Origin: a virus
Taxonomy: Duplodnaviria; Caudoviricetes
Virus record (IMG/VR): IMGVR_UViG_3300014208_000019
Location: 1 to 39,365 of that record
Length of the DNA: 39,365 nt
Reading direction: 5' to 3' (one strand)
Numbering within the stretch: the first letter of the stretch is position 1; every line of letters starts with the position of its first letter. Shown here piece by piece: positions 10,058-18,038 of this stretch. The translations under genes and the position numbers were made by a program. The notes beneath the pieces are model-generated. The model was not told the DNA's origin and did no database searches. It worked only from the letters and a program-made list of their open reading frames with translations.

Positions 10058-10261
10058 ATGGAAAAACTTTTCACAAGCGCGTCAAAAATTGTTTTCCTCG
10101 TAATGGCATTTACGATCTGCTTTGCATTTCTTTTTGAAGTCATTTCGGGAAGAATTACAATGGAGGCAAAAGATTTTTTCGCCCTCGCGGGAATGGCTTT
10201 TGTATTTTATTTTTCAAACAAAGGAGACACGAGCGGAGGCGCACTCTATGCGGGAAAATAA
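10058..10261 (+). CDS. Holin (2 TM, putative)
   Basis: 67 aa with two hydrophobic segments, directly after the lysin. Confidence 0.65.
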   Translation: MEKLFTSASKIVFLVMAFTICFAFLFEVISGRITMEAKDFFALAGMAFVFYFSNKGDTSGGALYAGK

Positions 10262-10266
10262 AATAG

Positions 10267-10275
10267 TGGTATAAT
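10267..10275 (+). promoter_or_regulatory. Extended -10 promoter TGGTATAAT
   Basis: Consensus match just after the holin stop; no ORF lies before the following terminator. Confidence 0.5.
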
Positions 10276-10321
10276 GTAATTACAGTTTTGTGTTGGGACT
10301 GAGGAGCCGAAAGGCACCGGG

Positions 10322-10348
10322 AAAGAGCGCTCTCTGCGCTCTTTTTTG
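10322..10348 (+). terminator. Intrinsic terminator ending the late/lysis region
   Basis: AAAGAGCGC-TCTCT-GCGCTCTTT stem-loop running into a T tract. Confidence 0.85.
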
Positions 10349-10349
10349 T

Positions 10350-10507
10350 TGGGGAAAACCGAGGGGATAACAGGGGGAAACTTGGGGATAACTAAAATCA
10401 AGTTGTACCTTTTGGCGCATCTCAGTTGTACCTTTTGGCGCATCACTCTATATACAGAGAGTACTAACAGATATTATATATAGAAAAACCTTTTTGACTT
10501 ATCCACT
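10350..10507. promoter_or_regulatory. Putative replication origin: DnaA-box-like cluster, 21-bp direct repeats and AT-rich tract
   Basis: GGGGA(T/A)AAC-like units at 10351, 10363, 10374 and 10384; AGTTGTACCTTTTGGCGCATC twice; AT-rich 10449-10500; TTATCCACT at 10499. Confidence 0.6.
10401..10444 (+). repeat. Perfect 21-bp direct repeat x2 (iteron-like, period 23)
   Basis: AGTTGTACCTTTTGGCGCATC at 10401-10421 and 10424-10444. Confidence 0.9.
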
Positions 10508-10523
10508 CCGACGACGAAACGAC

Positions 10524-10551
10524 TGGACTTTTATTTTTTATCGTTTATACT
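10524..10551 (+). promoter_or_regulatory. Sigma70-like early promoter (TGGACT-16-TATACT)
   Basis: Precedes a GGGCGG..CCGCCC 5' hairpin and the first early ORF. Confidence 0.5.
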
Positions 10552-10606
10552 ATCTTATAAACGAGGGCGGAAGATTAACACTAACCCCGCCCGCATAGCC
10601 AACACT

Positions 10607-10786
10607 ATGGAAAACGAATTTTTTGCGATTAAGTACGCGACCGTTTTTGGAACGTATACGCTCGCAACCTTTGAAAAAAAGGAAGACGCGGAAGAATACC
10701 GCGAACTTATGAAAGCGGCGAGAAAAGGAACGTATTATATTCAAAAGGTCGGTGGAGTTTTTAACGGAAACCTCAAACTTGCCTAA
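10607..10786 (+). CDS. Small hypothetical early protein (59 aa, not in ORF track)
   Basis: Own translation MENEFFAIKY...NLKLA; tiles with the next gene at 10788. Confidence 0.65.
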   Translation: MENEFFAIKYATVFGTYTLATFEKKEDAEEYRELMKAARKGTYYIQKVGGVFNGNLKLA

Positions 10787-10787
10787 A

Positions 10788-10946
10788 ATGAAAAAAGATA
10801 CTCGTACGTTTCTTGTGAAACATATCGTCAAAGGCGTTACCTACTCAAAAGAAGTTTTGGCAGACGACGCAGGGCAGGCAATGCTCAAAGTGAGAGGAGA
10901 CGTTGAAGCTGTTTATTTGAAAGTTTTAACGAACAAAAGAAAATGA
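10788..10946 (+). CDS. Small hypothetical protein
   Basis: ATG lies 1 nt after the upstream stop; ATGA overlap with the next gene. Confidence 0.6.
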   Translation: MKKDTRTFLVKHIVKGVTYSKEVLADDAGQAMLKVRGDVEAVYLKVLTNKRK

Positions 10947-11173
10947 AAAGATACTTTTTAGTTGACTACCGAACGGGAAAAAAAATTGGTAACGAGGAAT
11001 ACACAAACCACCTAGACGCGCAGAAAGCAAAAATTGCATATTTGAAAAGTAGAGCCGAGGAAAAAGTTGTGAACAATTTAGTGATTATTGGAAGCCGAGA
11101 AGCAAACCCCGTTTGCATAAATTGCGGAGGAGAGATTGGAGACGACGGGAGGTGCGGTGCAGAAAGAGAATAA
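10943..11173 (+). CDS. Small hypothetical protein with C-terminal CxxC
   Basis: Gene tiling; CINCGG..C motif. Confidence 0.6.
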   Translation: MKRYFLVDYRTGKKIGNEEYTNHLDAQKAKIAYLKSRAEEKVVNNLVIIGSREANPVCINCGGEIGDDGRCGAERE

Positions 11174-11202
11174 AAAAAATTAAAAATAACCAACACAAAA
11201 AT

Positions 11203-11589
11203 ATGATGGAAAAAAGATTTCCGCGAACAAGAAACAACGACCCGCTTTCGCCTTACGTTATCGTGGAGGGCGAAATAATGAGAGAGAAATGTTATGAGTG
11301 CGGGACAATACAAAAAATGCTTGCGCGCGTGAACGTGGACGAGAACGGCGCGGAGATACGAACGAGAAACATTATCGCAGTTTGCCCGAATGAGAAATGT
11401 TTCCGACACCACGGAAAAATAAAAAATTGGGTCGGCGTAGAGGCGGAAGAACACGTCAAAGTAAAAGAGCCGGAAGTTATCGTGCCACCCGAAGCCAAAG
11501 AAAGAATGGAATACAACGCTCGCTTTGGAAGAAAGAACACGAAAGAGTGCAGAGAAGAAAGACCGAAACAAATTGTCGCCGCATACTAG
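11203..11589 (+). CDS. Hypothetical zinc-ribbon protein
   Basis: CYEC...CPNEKC; A-rich leader before ATG 11203. Confidence 0.6.
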   Translation: MMEKRFPRTRNNDPLSPYVIVEGEIMREKCYECGTIQKMLARVNVDENGAEIRTRNIIAVCPNEKCFRHHGKIKNWVGVEAEEHVKVKEPEVIVPPEAKERMEYNARFGRKNTKECREERPKQIVAAY

Positions 11590-11618
11590 ATAAAGCCGAA
11601 AGGCAAACAACACACAAA

Positions 11619-11966
11619 ATGGAAAATGAAAAATTGAGTACGAACGAAACGGCGCGACTTATCAAAAAACACCTCCGCACAATTTTCCCTGGCAAAGTTT
11701 CCGTAACGACAGGGAGAGGAACGGCGCACGGGTGGATTGATATTCGCGTGGAGGCAGACCCTCCGACAATATGCGGTTGCCAAAAAGGACAGCCATATTG
11801 CCAAAATTGCGTCCACGAGATACGAACGCAGAGCCGAAGAATAAGAGAAAAGATTTCGGAAATGAGAAAAACAATGCCGTTGAATATATACACCTATACC
11901 TCGGACGACGGATTTAATGAGGACAACGATTGCTTAACAATACAGGTAAACTTTCCACGCATATGA
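11619..11966 (+). CDS. LPD29-like protein with Cys cluster
   Basis: ETARLIKKHLRTIFPGKVSV..G.A...IDIR resembles large polyvalent protein domain LPD29 (from memory). Confidence 0.5.
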   Translation: MENEKLSTNETARLIKKHLRTIFPGKVSVTTGRGTAHGWIDIRVEADPPTICGCQKGQPYCQNCVHEIRTQSRRIREKISEMRKTMPLNIYTYTSDDGFNEDNDCLTIQVNFPRI

Positions 11967-12160
11967 CCGAAGAAACAAAAAGAATAAAAGCGGAAGCCGA
12001 ACAAGCCAAAGCTGATCTGCACAGAGGAAACATTTCGTATGCAGAGGCGCAAACAAAGGTCGCGGAGTACGTCCGCCTCGTAAACGAACGGGGACAAGTA
12101 CTGGCAAAAGAACACGGCGTGCCGTTCCGAGCCGTGAGCATTATTGGATTTTTACGGTAA
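11963..12160 (+). CDS. Hypothetical protein
   Basis: ATGA overlap; helical. Confidence 0.6.
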   Translation: MTEETKRIKAEAEQAKADLHRGNISYAEAQTKVAEYVRLVNERGQVLAKEHGVPFRAVSIIGFLR

Positions 12161-12162
12161 AT

Positions 12163-12351
12163 ATGATTTGTTCAGAAAAGGATTGTTTCAAAAAGGTGGA
12201 CGATTTGGAATTTCAACAAAAGAAAGCCGACGGAACGTATCACGAAATGGCTTTGAAATGTTGGGATTGCCGAGGAGACGCGGGAAGAAAAACGCTTAAA
12301 AACTTCAACAAAAGAAGAAAACAAAATGGAAAAAAGAATTTGGAAATTTGA
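12163..12351 (+). CDS. Small Cys-containing hypothetical protein
   Basis: CSEKDC...CWDC. Confidence 0.55.
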   Translation: MICSEKDCFKKVDDLEFQQKKADGTYHEMALKCWDCRGDAGRKTLKNFNKRRKQNGKKNLEI

Positions 12352-12397
12352 AATACGATACCTGGACGGGATAATAATTTTATTGAAAGAAAAAAAG

Positions 12398-12443
12398 TTA
12401 TCCACATCAGGGGCTTTATAAAAAATTATAACTGTATTATAAT
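12398..12443 (+). promoter_or_regulatory. Perfect DnaA box TTATCCACA upstream of a TATAAT promoter
   Basis: Box at 12398-12406 and TATAAT at 12438-12443, in an intergenic gap. Confidence 0.55.
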
Positions 12444-12472
12444 AAATACATTAACAATAACCCACCAACACA

Positions 12473-13090
12473 ATGGGAAAAACAACACCGGCGGAAACGC
12501 CAAAGCAGGAAGTAATATCCCCTGCGATAATCATTGACGAGAAGATAAAAGGTATGCGCGCAATGGTAGAGACAACAGTCGTAAACGACGACCAAACCCT
12601 CGCCGCCATTACCGATAAAATCAAGGGAGTAAAAACCCTCGGAAAGTTTATCAGAGGCGTAATGGAAGAAAGCACCAGACCCGCCCGAGAAATTATTGAG
12701 AACGCACAGCGCCGATACTTACCGCTAGAAAAAGAATGTAAAGCGGCCGAGGATTTACTCAAAGGAAAAGCCAACGAGTATATGGCGAAAGTTGAAGCCG
12801 AGAGAAAACGACAGGAAGACATCATTGCGCGACAAGAAGCGGCGGGAAGAATTAAGGAAACTACCGCGGAAAGAAAGCTCACCGAACTTGGGGACGAAAA
12901 GAAAAACGTCGTAACCGAGGGGGCAAAGCTCAATCGTTCAATGAGAAAAGTTGCGGTTATCGTGGACGCAGAAAAAATACCGCACGAGTATTGGGTCGTA
13001 GACGAAGTGAGAGTGAGGAAAGCGGCGCTCGCGGGAGCGGTCATCCCCGGCGTAGAAGTGAGAGAGGAAGCGTCAATTTCAATTCGCTAA
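12473..13090 (+). CDS. Siphovirus Gp157-like coiled-coil protein
   Basis: C-terminal IVDAEKIPHEYW..D...RKAALAGAVIPGVEV. Confidence 0.6.
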   Translation: MGKTTPAETPKQEVISPAIIIDEKIKGMRAMVETTVVNDDQTLAAITDKIKGVKTLGKFIRGVMEESTRPAREIIENAQRRYLPLEKECKAAEDLLKGKANEYMAKVEAERKRQEDIIARQEAAGRIKETTAERKLTELGDEKKNVVTEGAKLNRSMRKVAVIVDAEKIPHEYWVVDEVRVRKAALAGAVIPGVEVREEASISIR

Positions 13091-13095
13091 ACTTT

Positions 13096-13626
13096 ATGAA
13101 AGATTTTCTTTTTAGAACTTTATTCACAATCGTGATTTGCGTTGCGTTCGGAGTTTCTTTGAGTTATGGACTAGACCGAAACGCTGAACACGAATGCAAA
13201 ACGTGGCAGACATACGCCACGCAATACGCCGGGTTTTATTTGTTGCCGTGGCAAGCCGACCAGTGCAAAATTATCGGCGAGCCGGTAAACGCAAAGGTCG
13301 TCGGAACGGAACGACCAGACCCCGAAGCGGAGTTTGAAATGATACACGACGCGAAAGTGAGCGGATACAGTTCAGAGAAAATCCAAAACGACGAAAGACC
13401 AAGCCGAATGGCAAGCGGGCGCGTGGTATACGCCGGAGCGATTGCTTGCCCGACACGATACGAGTTTGGCACAAAGATTGAAATTGACGGGAGAGTATAC
13501 ACCTGCGAAGACCGAATGGGCGCAAGATTTCGCGGGGGAAATTACTTTGATATTTGGTTTGCTTCCACGAAAGAGGCGGAGGCATACGGACTCAAAGTTT
13601 TAGAGGTTAAAATTTATCAAATATGA
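13096..13626 (+). CDS. Membrane-anchored 3D-domain protein (MltA-like cell-wall domain)
   Basis: N-terminal TM; VSGYSS..MASG..IACP..FGTKIEIDG..CEDRMG..FDIWF. Confidence 0.8.
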   Translation: MKDFLFRTLFTIVICVAFGVSLSYGLDRNAEHECKTWQTYATQYAGFYLLPWQADQCKIIGEPVNAKVVGTERPDPEAEFEMIHDAKVSGYSSEKIQNDERPSRMASGRVVYAGAIACPTRYEFGTKIEIDGRVYTCEDRMGARFRGGNYFDIWFASTKEAEAYGLKVLEVKIYQI

Positions 13627-13847
13627 GTTTTTACACAAACGACAAAGGGGAAAACGTAGAGATTGAAAAAATGGAAAGCGGACGGCTTATCCACGCCATA
13701 GCAAAGTATGCTGAACAGGCGGGAAAAGAAAATCAAGTCGTCAAAGACCTAAAAGCGGAGGCGATAAAAAGATTATACGATAAAGAGGAAAGCACTTGCT
13801 CGGAGTGCACGGCTAAAATCCAAAAATCCCTCGGAGGGGTAAACTAA
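13623..13847 (+). CDS. Hypothetical protein
   Basis: Gene tiling. Confidence 0.6.
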   Translation: MSFYTNDKGENVEIEKMESGRLIHAIAKYAEQAGKENQVVKDLKAEAIKRLYDKEESTCSECTAKIQKSLGGVN

Positions 13848-13848
13848 A

Positions 13849-14283
13849 ATGAATTTGAACAAAGTTATGATCTGCGGGCGCATTACCCGCGACCCCGAAA
13901 TAAAAGCACTTCCCTCGGGAATAAAGGTTTGTACTTTCGGAGTAGCGAGCAACCGAACGTGGAAAGGCGAAGACGGACAAAAAAAAGAGGAGGTTGAATT
14001 TCATAATGTCGTTGCTTTTGGAAAGACTGCGGAGACGATAAAGCAGTGGCTTTTGAAAGGAGACGAGATTTATGTGGAGGGTCGCCTCAAAACCTCCTCG
14101 TGGGAAGCCAAGGACGGCTCAAAACGATACAAAACCGACATTATGGCTGATACGTTCCAGTTTGGGGCAAAGAAGCGCGAGGACGGCGGAGGATACAGCC
14201 AAGGGGCAAGCCGAGAGGGTACAGGCAGTCAAGAAATCGCCTCGGGAGAGGAGGAAATCAATTTGGACGATATTCCTTTCTAA
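13849..14283 (+). CDS. ssb: Single-stranded DNA-binding protein
   Basis: NKVM..GRITRDPE, EFHNVVAFGK, IYVEGRLKT and C-terminal DDIPF. Confidence 0.97.
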   Translation: MNLNKVMICGRITRDPEIKALPSGIKVCTFGVASNRTWKGEDGQKKEEVEFHNVVAFGKTAETIKQWLLKGDEIYVEGRLKTSSWEAKDGSKRYKTDIMADTFQFGAKKREDGGGYSQGASREGTGSQEIASGEEEINLDDIPF

Positions 14284-14290
14284 AAAATAT

Positions 14291-14734
14291 ATGAAAACAC
14301 CAACACAAAAGCTCCTTGACGAAATATCACGCGCCGGAAACATAGCCACGCGCAGAGGCGGGGTTTGGTACGAGCCGGAGTGGGACGAGAAACGAGGACT
14401 TTGGATTGGCTTTTTTGAAAACCACGACGAAGAAAGAAGTGATTTTTGTTTTGAGTTGCGACGGCTAGGGTTCAAAGAAGTTTATTACAAAGTCCGCTAC
14501 CACTGGAAACTCAAAAAGAAACACATCGGCGTGGAATATGTAGAGGGGGATATATACATCACGAGCGACCATAAACCGTGCGACGTATGCGGAGACACGG
14601 GGGAAGTTACCACCGACGAGTGGGACGACGACTCAAAAAATTATCAACCGACAGGGTCAAGACCTTGTCCAAAATGTAAACTGGTTATTTCGGAACCTGC
14701 GGATTTTTCCGGGGCAACACCGGGCGACCGATAA
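14291..14734 (+). CDS. Hypothetical protein with C-terminal CxxCxxxG zinc finger
   Basis: CDVCGDTG...PCPKC. Confidence 0.65.
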   Translation: MKTPTQKLLDEISRAGNIATRRGGVWYEPEWDEKRGLWIGFFENHDEERSDFCFELRRLGFKEVYYKVRYHWKLKKKHIGVEYVEGDIYITSDHKPCDVCGDTGEVTTDEWDDDSKNYQPTGSRPCPKCKLVISEPADFSGATPGDR

Positions 14735-14738
14735 AATT

Positions 14739-15152
14739 ATGACGAAAGAAGATTTGATTGAAAAAATATCAGACGCAGGCGGAGAGTATAAAGACCGCGG
14801 GATAATTTTCACATCACCAAAAGAAAACCGTGTGGAAATTAAGAGAGGAAAATTTGAGTGTACCGTATACGACCACTCAAAAGATTTGAACGATATTGCT
14901 TTTGGATTTTTGGGATTTTCAATGGCAGAGTTGACTGAGTTTTATGATTTCGTAGCAGACCTTTCGGAAGTTTTGGGGATATACGCACCGAAACCGCGAG
15001 AGGTTACGAAAGACAATACAGATTTTGCTATCGCCGTGGACGATAAAGATTTGGAACCGAACGATAACGCACCCACGCGCGAACACGCATTGGGAATGGT
15101 CGAAGCGTACGAGAAAATTTTGATTGGCCGCGATATAACCGTGGCAAAATAA
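14739..15152 (+). CDS. Hypothetical protein
   Basis: Gene tiling. Confidence 0.65.
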   Translation: MTKEDLIEKISDAGGEYKDRGIIFTSPKENRVEIKRGKFECTVYDHSKDLNDIAFGFLGFSMAELTEFYDFVADLSEVLGIYAPKPREVTKDNTDFAIAVDDKDLEPNDNAPTREHALGMVEAYEKILIGRDITVAK

Positions 15153-15153
15153 T

Positions 15154-15468
15154 ATGACGGAAGACAAATTTGTTGAAACATTTTTGAACCAAACAATGAG
15201 TTGCCCGACGTGCTCGGGAGAGGGACACAACGAAAGTATGGAAGAATGTTTTCTTTGCAAGGGAACGGGGGCCGTAATTGACAACGTCATACCGGGAATA
15301 ATACGCAAGTATTTCCCAGAAATGAAACGTGCTGATCTGCCGAAAATTATGGAGGAAATTTTCTTCCATATTCAAAAGAAAATCAATGACAGTTACGACC
15401 GAGGAATAAAGGACGGGAAAGAAAGCGCAAAGCCGAAAGTCCCCGACGAAGAAAATGACGAAGAATAA
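15154..15468 (+). CDS. DnaJ-type zinc-finger protein
   Basis: CPTCSGEG...CFLCKGTG. Confidence 0.65.
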   Translation: MTEDKFVETFLNQTMSCPTCSGEGHNESMEECFLCKGTGAVIDNVIPGIIRKYFPEMKRADLPKIMEEIFFHIQKKINDSYDRGIKDGKESAKPKVPDEENDEE

Positions 15469-15679
15469 ACTCGTTAGTGTAGCGCCACCGCTTGGAATGC
15501 CTATCGGAAAACTTTTGAAAGCGGCAAAGAAAGGACAGGTGGTTGAGTTTACAATAAAAGTAATTCGTTGCGAGGTTATAAAGCCCTACCCCGTAACGCC
15601 GGAGGAGGAGAGACAACAAAGGGCGAAACTTAAAAAGAAAAAAAATGTCAACATCAAAAAGCAAAAAGGCGCGCGTTGA
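15455..15679 (+). CDS. Basic hypothetical protein
   Basis: Gene tiling with short overlaps. Confidence 0.5.
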   Translation: MTKNKLVSVAPPLGMPIGKLLKAAKKGQVVEFTIKVIRCEVIKPYPVTPEEERQQRAKLKKKKNVNIKKQKGAR

Positions 15680-16136
15680 GACAATGAGGGTAAAAGGTTT
15701 ATTGGAAACGGGAATTGAGGCGAGCGTGGAAATCATAACCCTTACCCTTAAAGGGACGAGTTGGATTGCCAAACTTATGGTCGGAAAAGAATTGCCGAAA
15801 TCTTTCCACCACTACAAAATGGAACTTTCACTTGACGAACACCCGTATGACGAAAGGATAAAAGACATTGAGGACGAACTGGAAAAATCTTTGTTCGGGC
15901 AAGACATCAAAGAGAAAAACCGAATGAAAAAAGAGGTTGAGGAAGTGAACAAAGAGCGAGACGAAATGAAAGCGAAATGTGAAACCATAGAGTTTTCGGG
16001 AATGGTAACACAGATTGCTTGGAGAGCCGGAGAGACAGCCATAACCGTATACGTCCCGGACACTGTGATTGACCCGATTAACCGAATGAAATATATGCTT
16101 GAACATTACAAGATAACGCTAAACCCTGTAGAGTAA
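15645..16136 (+). CDS. Hypothetical protein with coiled-coil insert
   Basis: 163-aa ORF. Confidence 0.65.
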   Translation: MSTSKSKKARVETMRVKGLLETGIEASVEIITLTLKGTSWIAKLMVGKELPKSFHHYKMELSLDEHPYDERIKDIEDELEKSLFGQDIKEKNRMKKEVEEVNKERDEMKAKCETIEFSGMVTQIAWRAGETAITVYVPDTVIDPINRMKYMLEHYKITLNPVE

Positions 16137-16140
16137 AAAT

Positions 16141-16254
16141 ATGGAAGACCACAGACAAATACTTTTCGCAGTTTTTATGTGCATCCTTTCAGCGGCGGTC
16201 GCAATAGCGACATCGGCCGCGGTTATAAACAAACTTATACCCCTTTGCAAATGA
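16141..16254 (+). CDS. 37-aa single-TM peptide (not in ORF track)
   Basis: MEDHRQILFAVFMCILSAAVAIATSAAVINKLIPLCK; ATGA overlap with the helicase. Confidence 0.55.
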   Translation: MEDHRQILFAVFMCILSAAVAIATSAAVINKLIPLCK

Positions 16255-17702
16255 ATTTATTTGATTACCAAAAAGAGGCAGTAATCTTTGCACAAGAAAA
16301 ACGAAAAATATATATCGCCCTTGATATGGGAATGGGAAAGACGCTCACAGCCATTGCTTCGGCTGTGGGCACTACCCGTAAAAATATATTGGTCGTTGCA
16401 GAGTTGAACGAAATACAAAACTCTCAAAACTTCAAAAAAGAAGTTGAGAACAATTTTCCGAAAGTGCAGTATCAATCACTTCGGGAAAGCAAGGCGGAAG
16501 AACTCGGCTTGCTCGTTCAAACCGTGTACGGAATAAATCCGGACAGCATAGACAAGATACCCGCGGGAATAGCCGAGACAATCGGCGCGGTCATAATGGA
16601 CGAGGCGACACTCGCAAAGACGACCACGACCGACCGTTTCAAAAAAGTAAAAGCGATCTGCGACAGAGTGGATTTCGTTTTTCTTTTATCGGGTACGCCT
16701 ATGCTAAACGGGGCCGCGGAGATTTATTCCCCGCTTCTTTTGCTCGGACACGAACTTGCAGGAAAAGGAGACAAGAAAGCTCAAATGGCTTTTGAAAAAA
16801 TCTTTGCGGGTGGTTGCTACCGACAAATTCGGAGCATAAAAGGTGTGAGCGAGGCGCAACTAAAAACACAATGGTGGAAGTATTACAGTTGGTGGGCAAA
16901 AGGAGCGAACAACGTGCGCGAGCTTCGTTGGCTCATACGGGACAGGTTTTTCTTCAAACGAAAAGACCAGACAAATGTTTTCAAAAAGAAAGACCGACAC
17001 ACGGTTTTTATTCCGTGGAATACAGAATGGGAAGCGGAATATAATCAAGCGTGGGACGAGTATTTGGAAAGCGTAAACGAATACAACTTGACCGCGGAAA
17101 AATCCGAAAGAAAAAACATTGAAAATATCAAAGACCTGCAAAAACTTATTGAGAACGGCAAGGTGTACCAAGTGAACAGTCGGTGGAAAGCGAAAAAAAT
17201 TGTTGCGGATATTAAAGCCGGACTTTACGAAGACCACCGCATAATCATTTGGACGGTATACGTTGAGACGGAAAAAATACTGCAAGAAGAACTGACCGCG
17301 GCGGATATTTCTTTCAAAACTTTTGAGGAACTACCAAACTGGAAAGAGGGAACGGAAAAAGTTTTGGTCGGAAAGATAAAGAGCCACGCGAAAGGTGGGA
17401 ACGCATACGAGGCGAGCTGTTCGCTTTTTGTGGATATGGACTTTGTACCAACAATGAATATCCAAGCGGAAAACCGAATGGACAGACCGGAGCAGAAGCG
17501 GGATATGATAGTGAGGTATTATATGACCAAAGAGGAAACCGTTGACCAACACGTCCAAAAAATAAACCGAGACAAAATGCGAAAGATAGAGGAGTTTTTG
17601 CGACCCTTTACCAAAGAAGAAGAAGCGGAAATGCCCGGGAAAATTGCGGAACTTCAAAAAAAGTTTTCCACAGAGTTTCGTATACTCGGGCTGGATTTTT
17701 AA
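16251..17702 (+). CDS. SNF2-like SF2 helicase
   Basis: LFDYQ Q-motif, DMGMGKT, IMDEA, LSGTP and QAENRMDR. Confidence 0.9.
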   Translation: MNLFDYQKEAVIFAQEKRKIYIALDMGMGKTLTAIASAVGTTRKNILVVAELNEIQNSQNFKKEVENNFPKVQYQSLRESKAEELGLLVQTVYGINPDSIDKIPAGIAETIGAVIMDEATLAKTTTTDRFKKVKAICDRVDFVFLLSGTPMLNGAAEIYSPLLLLGHELAGKGDKKAQMAFEKIFAGGCYRQIRSIKGVSEAQLKTQWWKYYSWWAKGANNVRELRWLIRDRFFFKRKDQTNVFKKKDRHTVFIPWNTEWEAEYNQAWDEYLESVNEYNLTAEKSERKNIENIKDLQKLIENGKVYQVNSRWKAKKIVADIKAGLYEDHRIIIWTVYVETEKILQEELTAADISFKTFEELPNWKEGTEKVLVGKIKSHAKGGNAYEASCSLFVDMDFVPTMNIQAENRMDRPEQKRDMIVRYYMTKEETVDQHVQKINRDKMRKIEEFLRPFTKEEEAEMPGKIAELQKKFSTEFRILGLDF

Positions 17703-17726
17703 TTTATAATAAATTATAATAACAGT

Positions 17727-18038
17727 ATGAAGAAAGAGCAACACAAAGACCTCGTAACTTTCGTCAAAAAGAAACTGTGGACGTTCGGCTATCAATGCCG
17801 AGAGACAGTTGATTTTGACTTGGGATATGATCTGCTCACGGGCGCAGGGCAGAGAATTAAAGTCGGGGACGTAGCGCCGAAACAGTTTACAAATAAATAT
17901 GATGTGTTCGCCTTGGTCGATAAAGGGCATATCTTATATTTGAAAAAAGCGTCAATCGCGGAATACAAATCCCCGTATGACGTTATTATTGGAAGAATAC
18001 AAAAACCAACACAAAATGCAAAAGTCACCAAAAAATAA
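17727..18038 (+). CDS. Hypothetical protein
   Basis: ORF follows a TATAAT-containing gap. Confidence 0.6.
   Translation: MKKEQHKDLVTFVKKKLWTFGYQCRETVDFDLGYDLLTGAGQRIKVGDVAPKQFTNKYDVFALVDKGHILYLKKASIAEYKSPYDVIIGRIQKPTQNAKVTKK

Noticed and set aside
10299-10345. Hammerhead ribozyme (CTGAGGA-GCCGAAAGGC...GAAA)
   Set aside because: Five extra bases separate stem II from GAAA, and stem I would be almost all G-U pairs; the core geometry is not satisfied.
10401-10444. CRISPR mini-array
   Set aside because: Only two repeats separated by 2 bp; there is no spacer and no cas gene.
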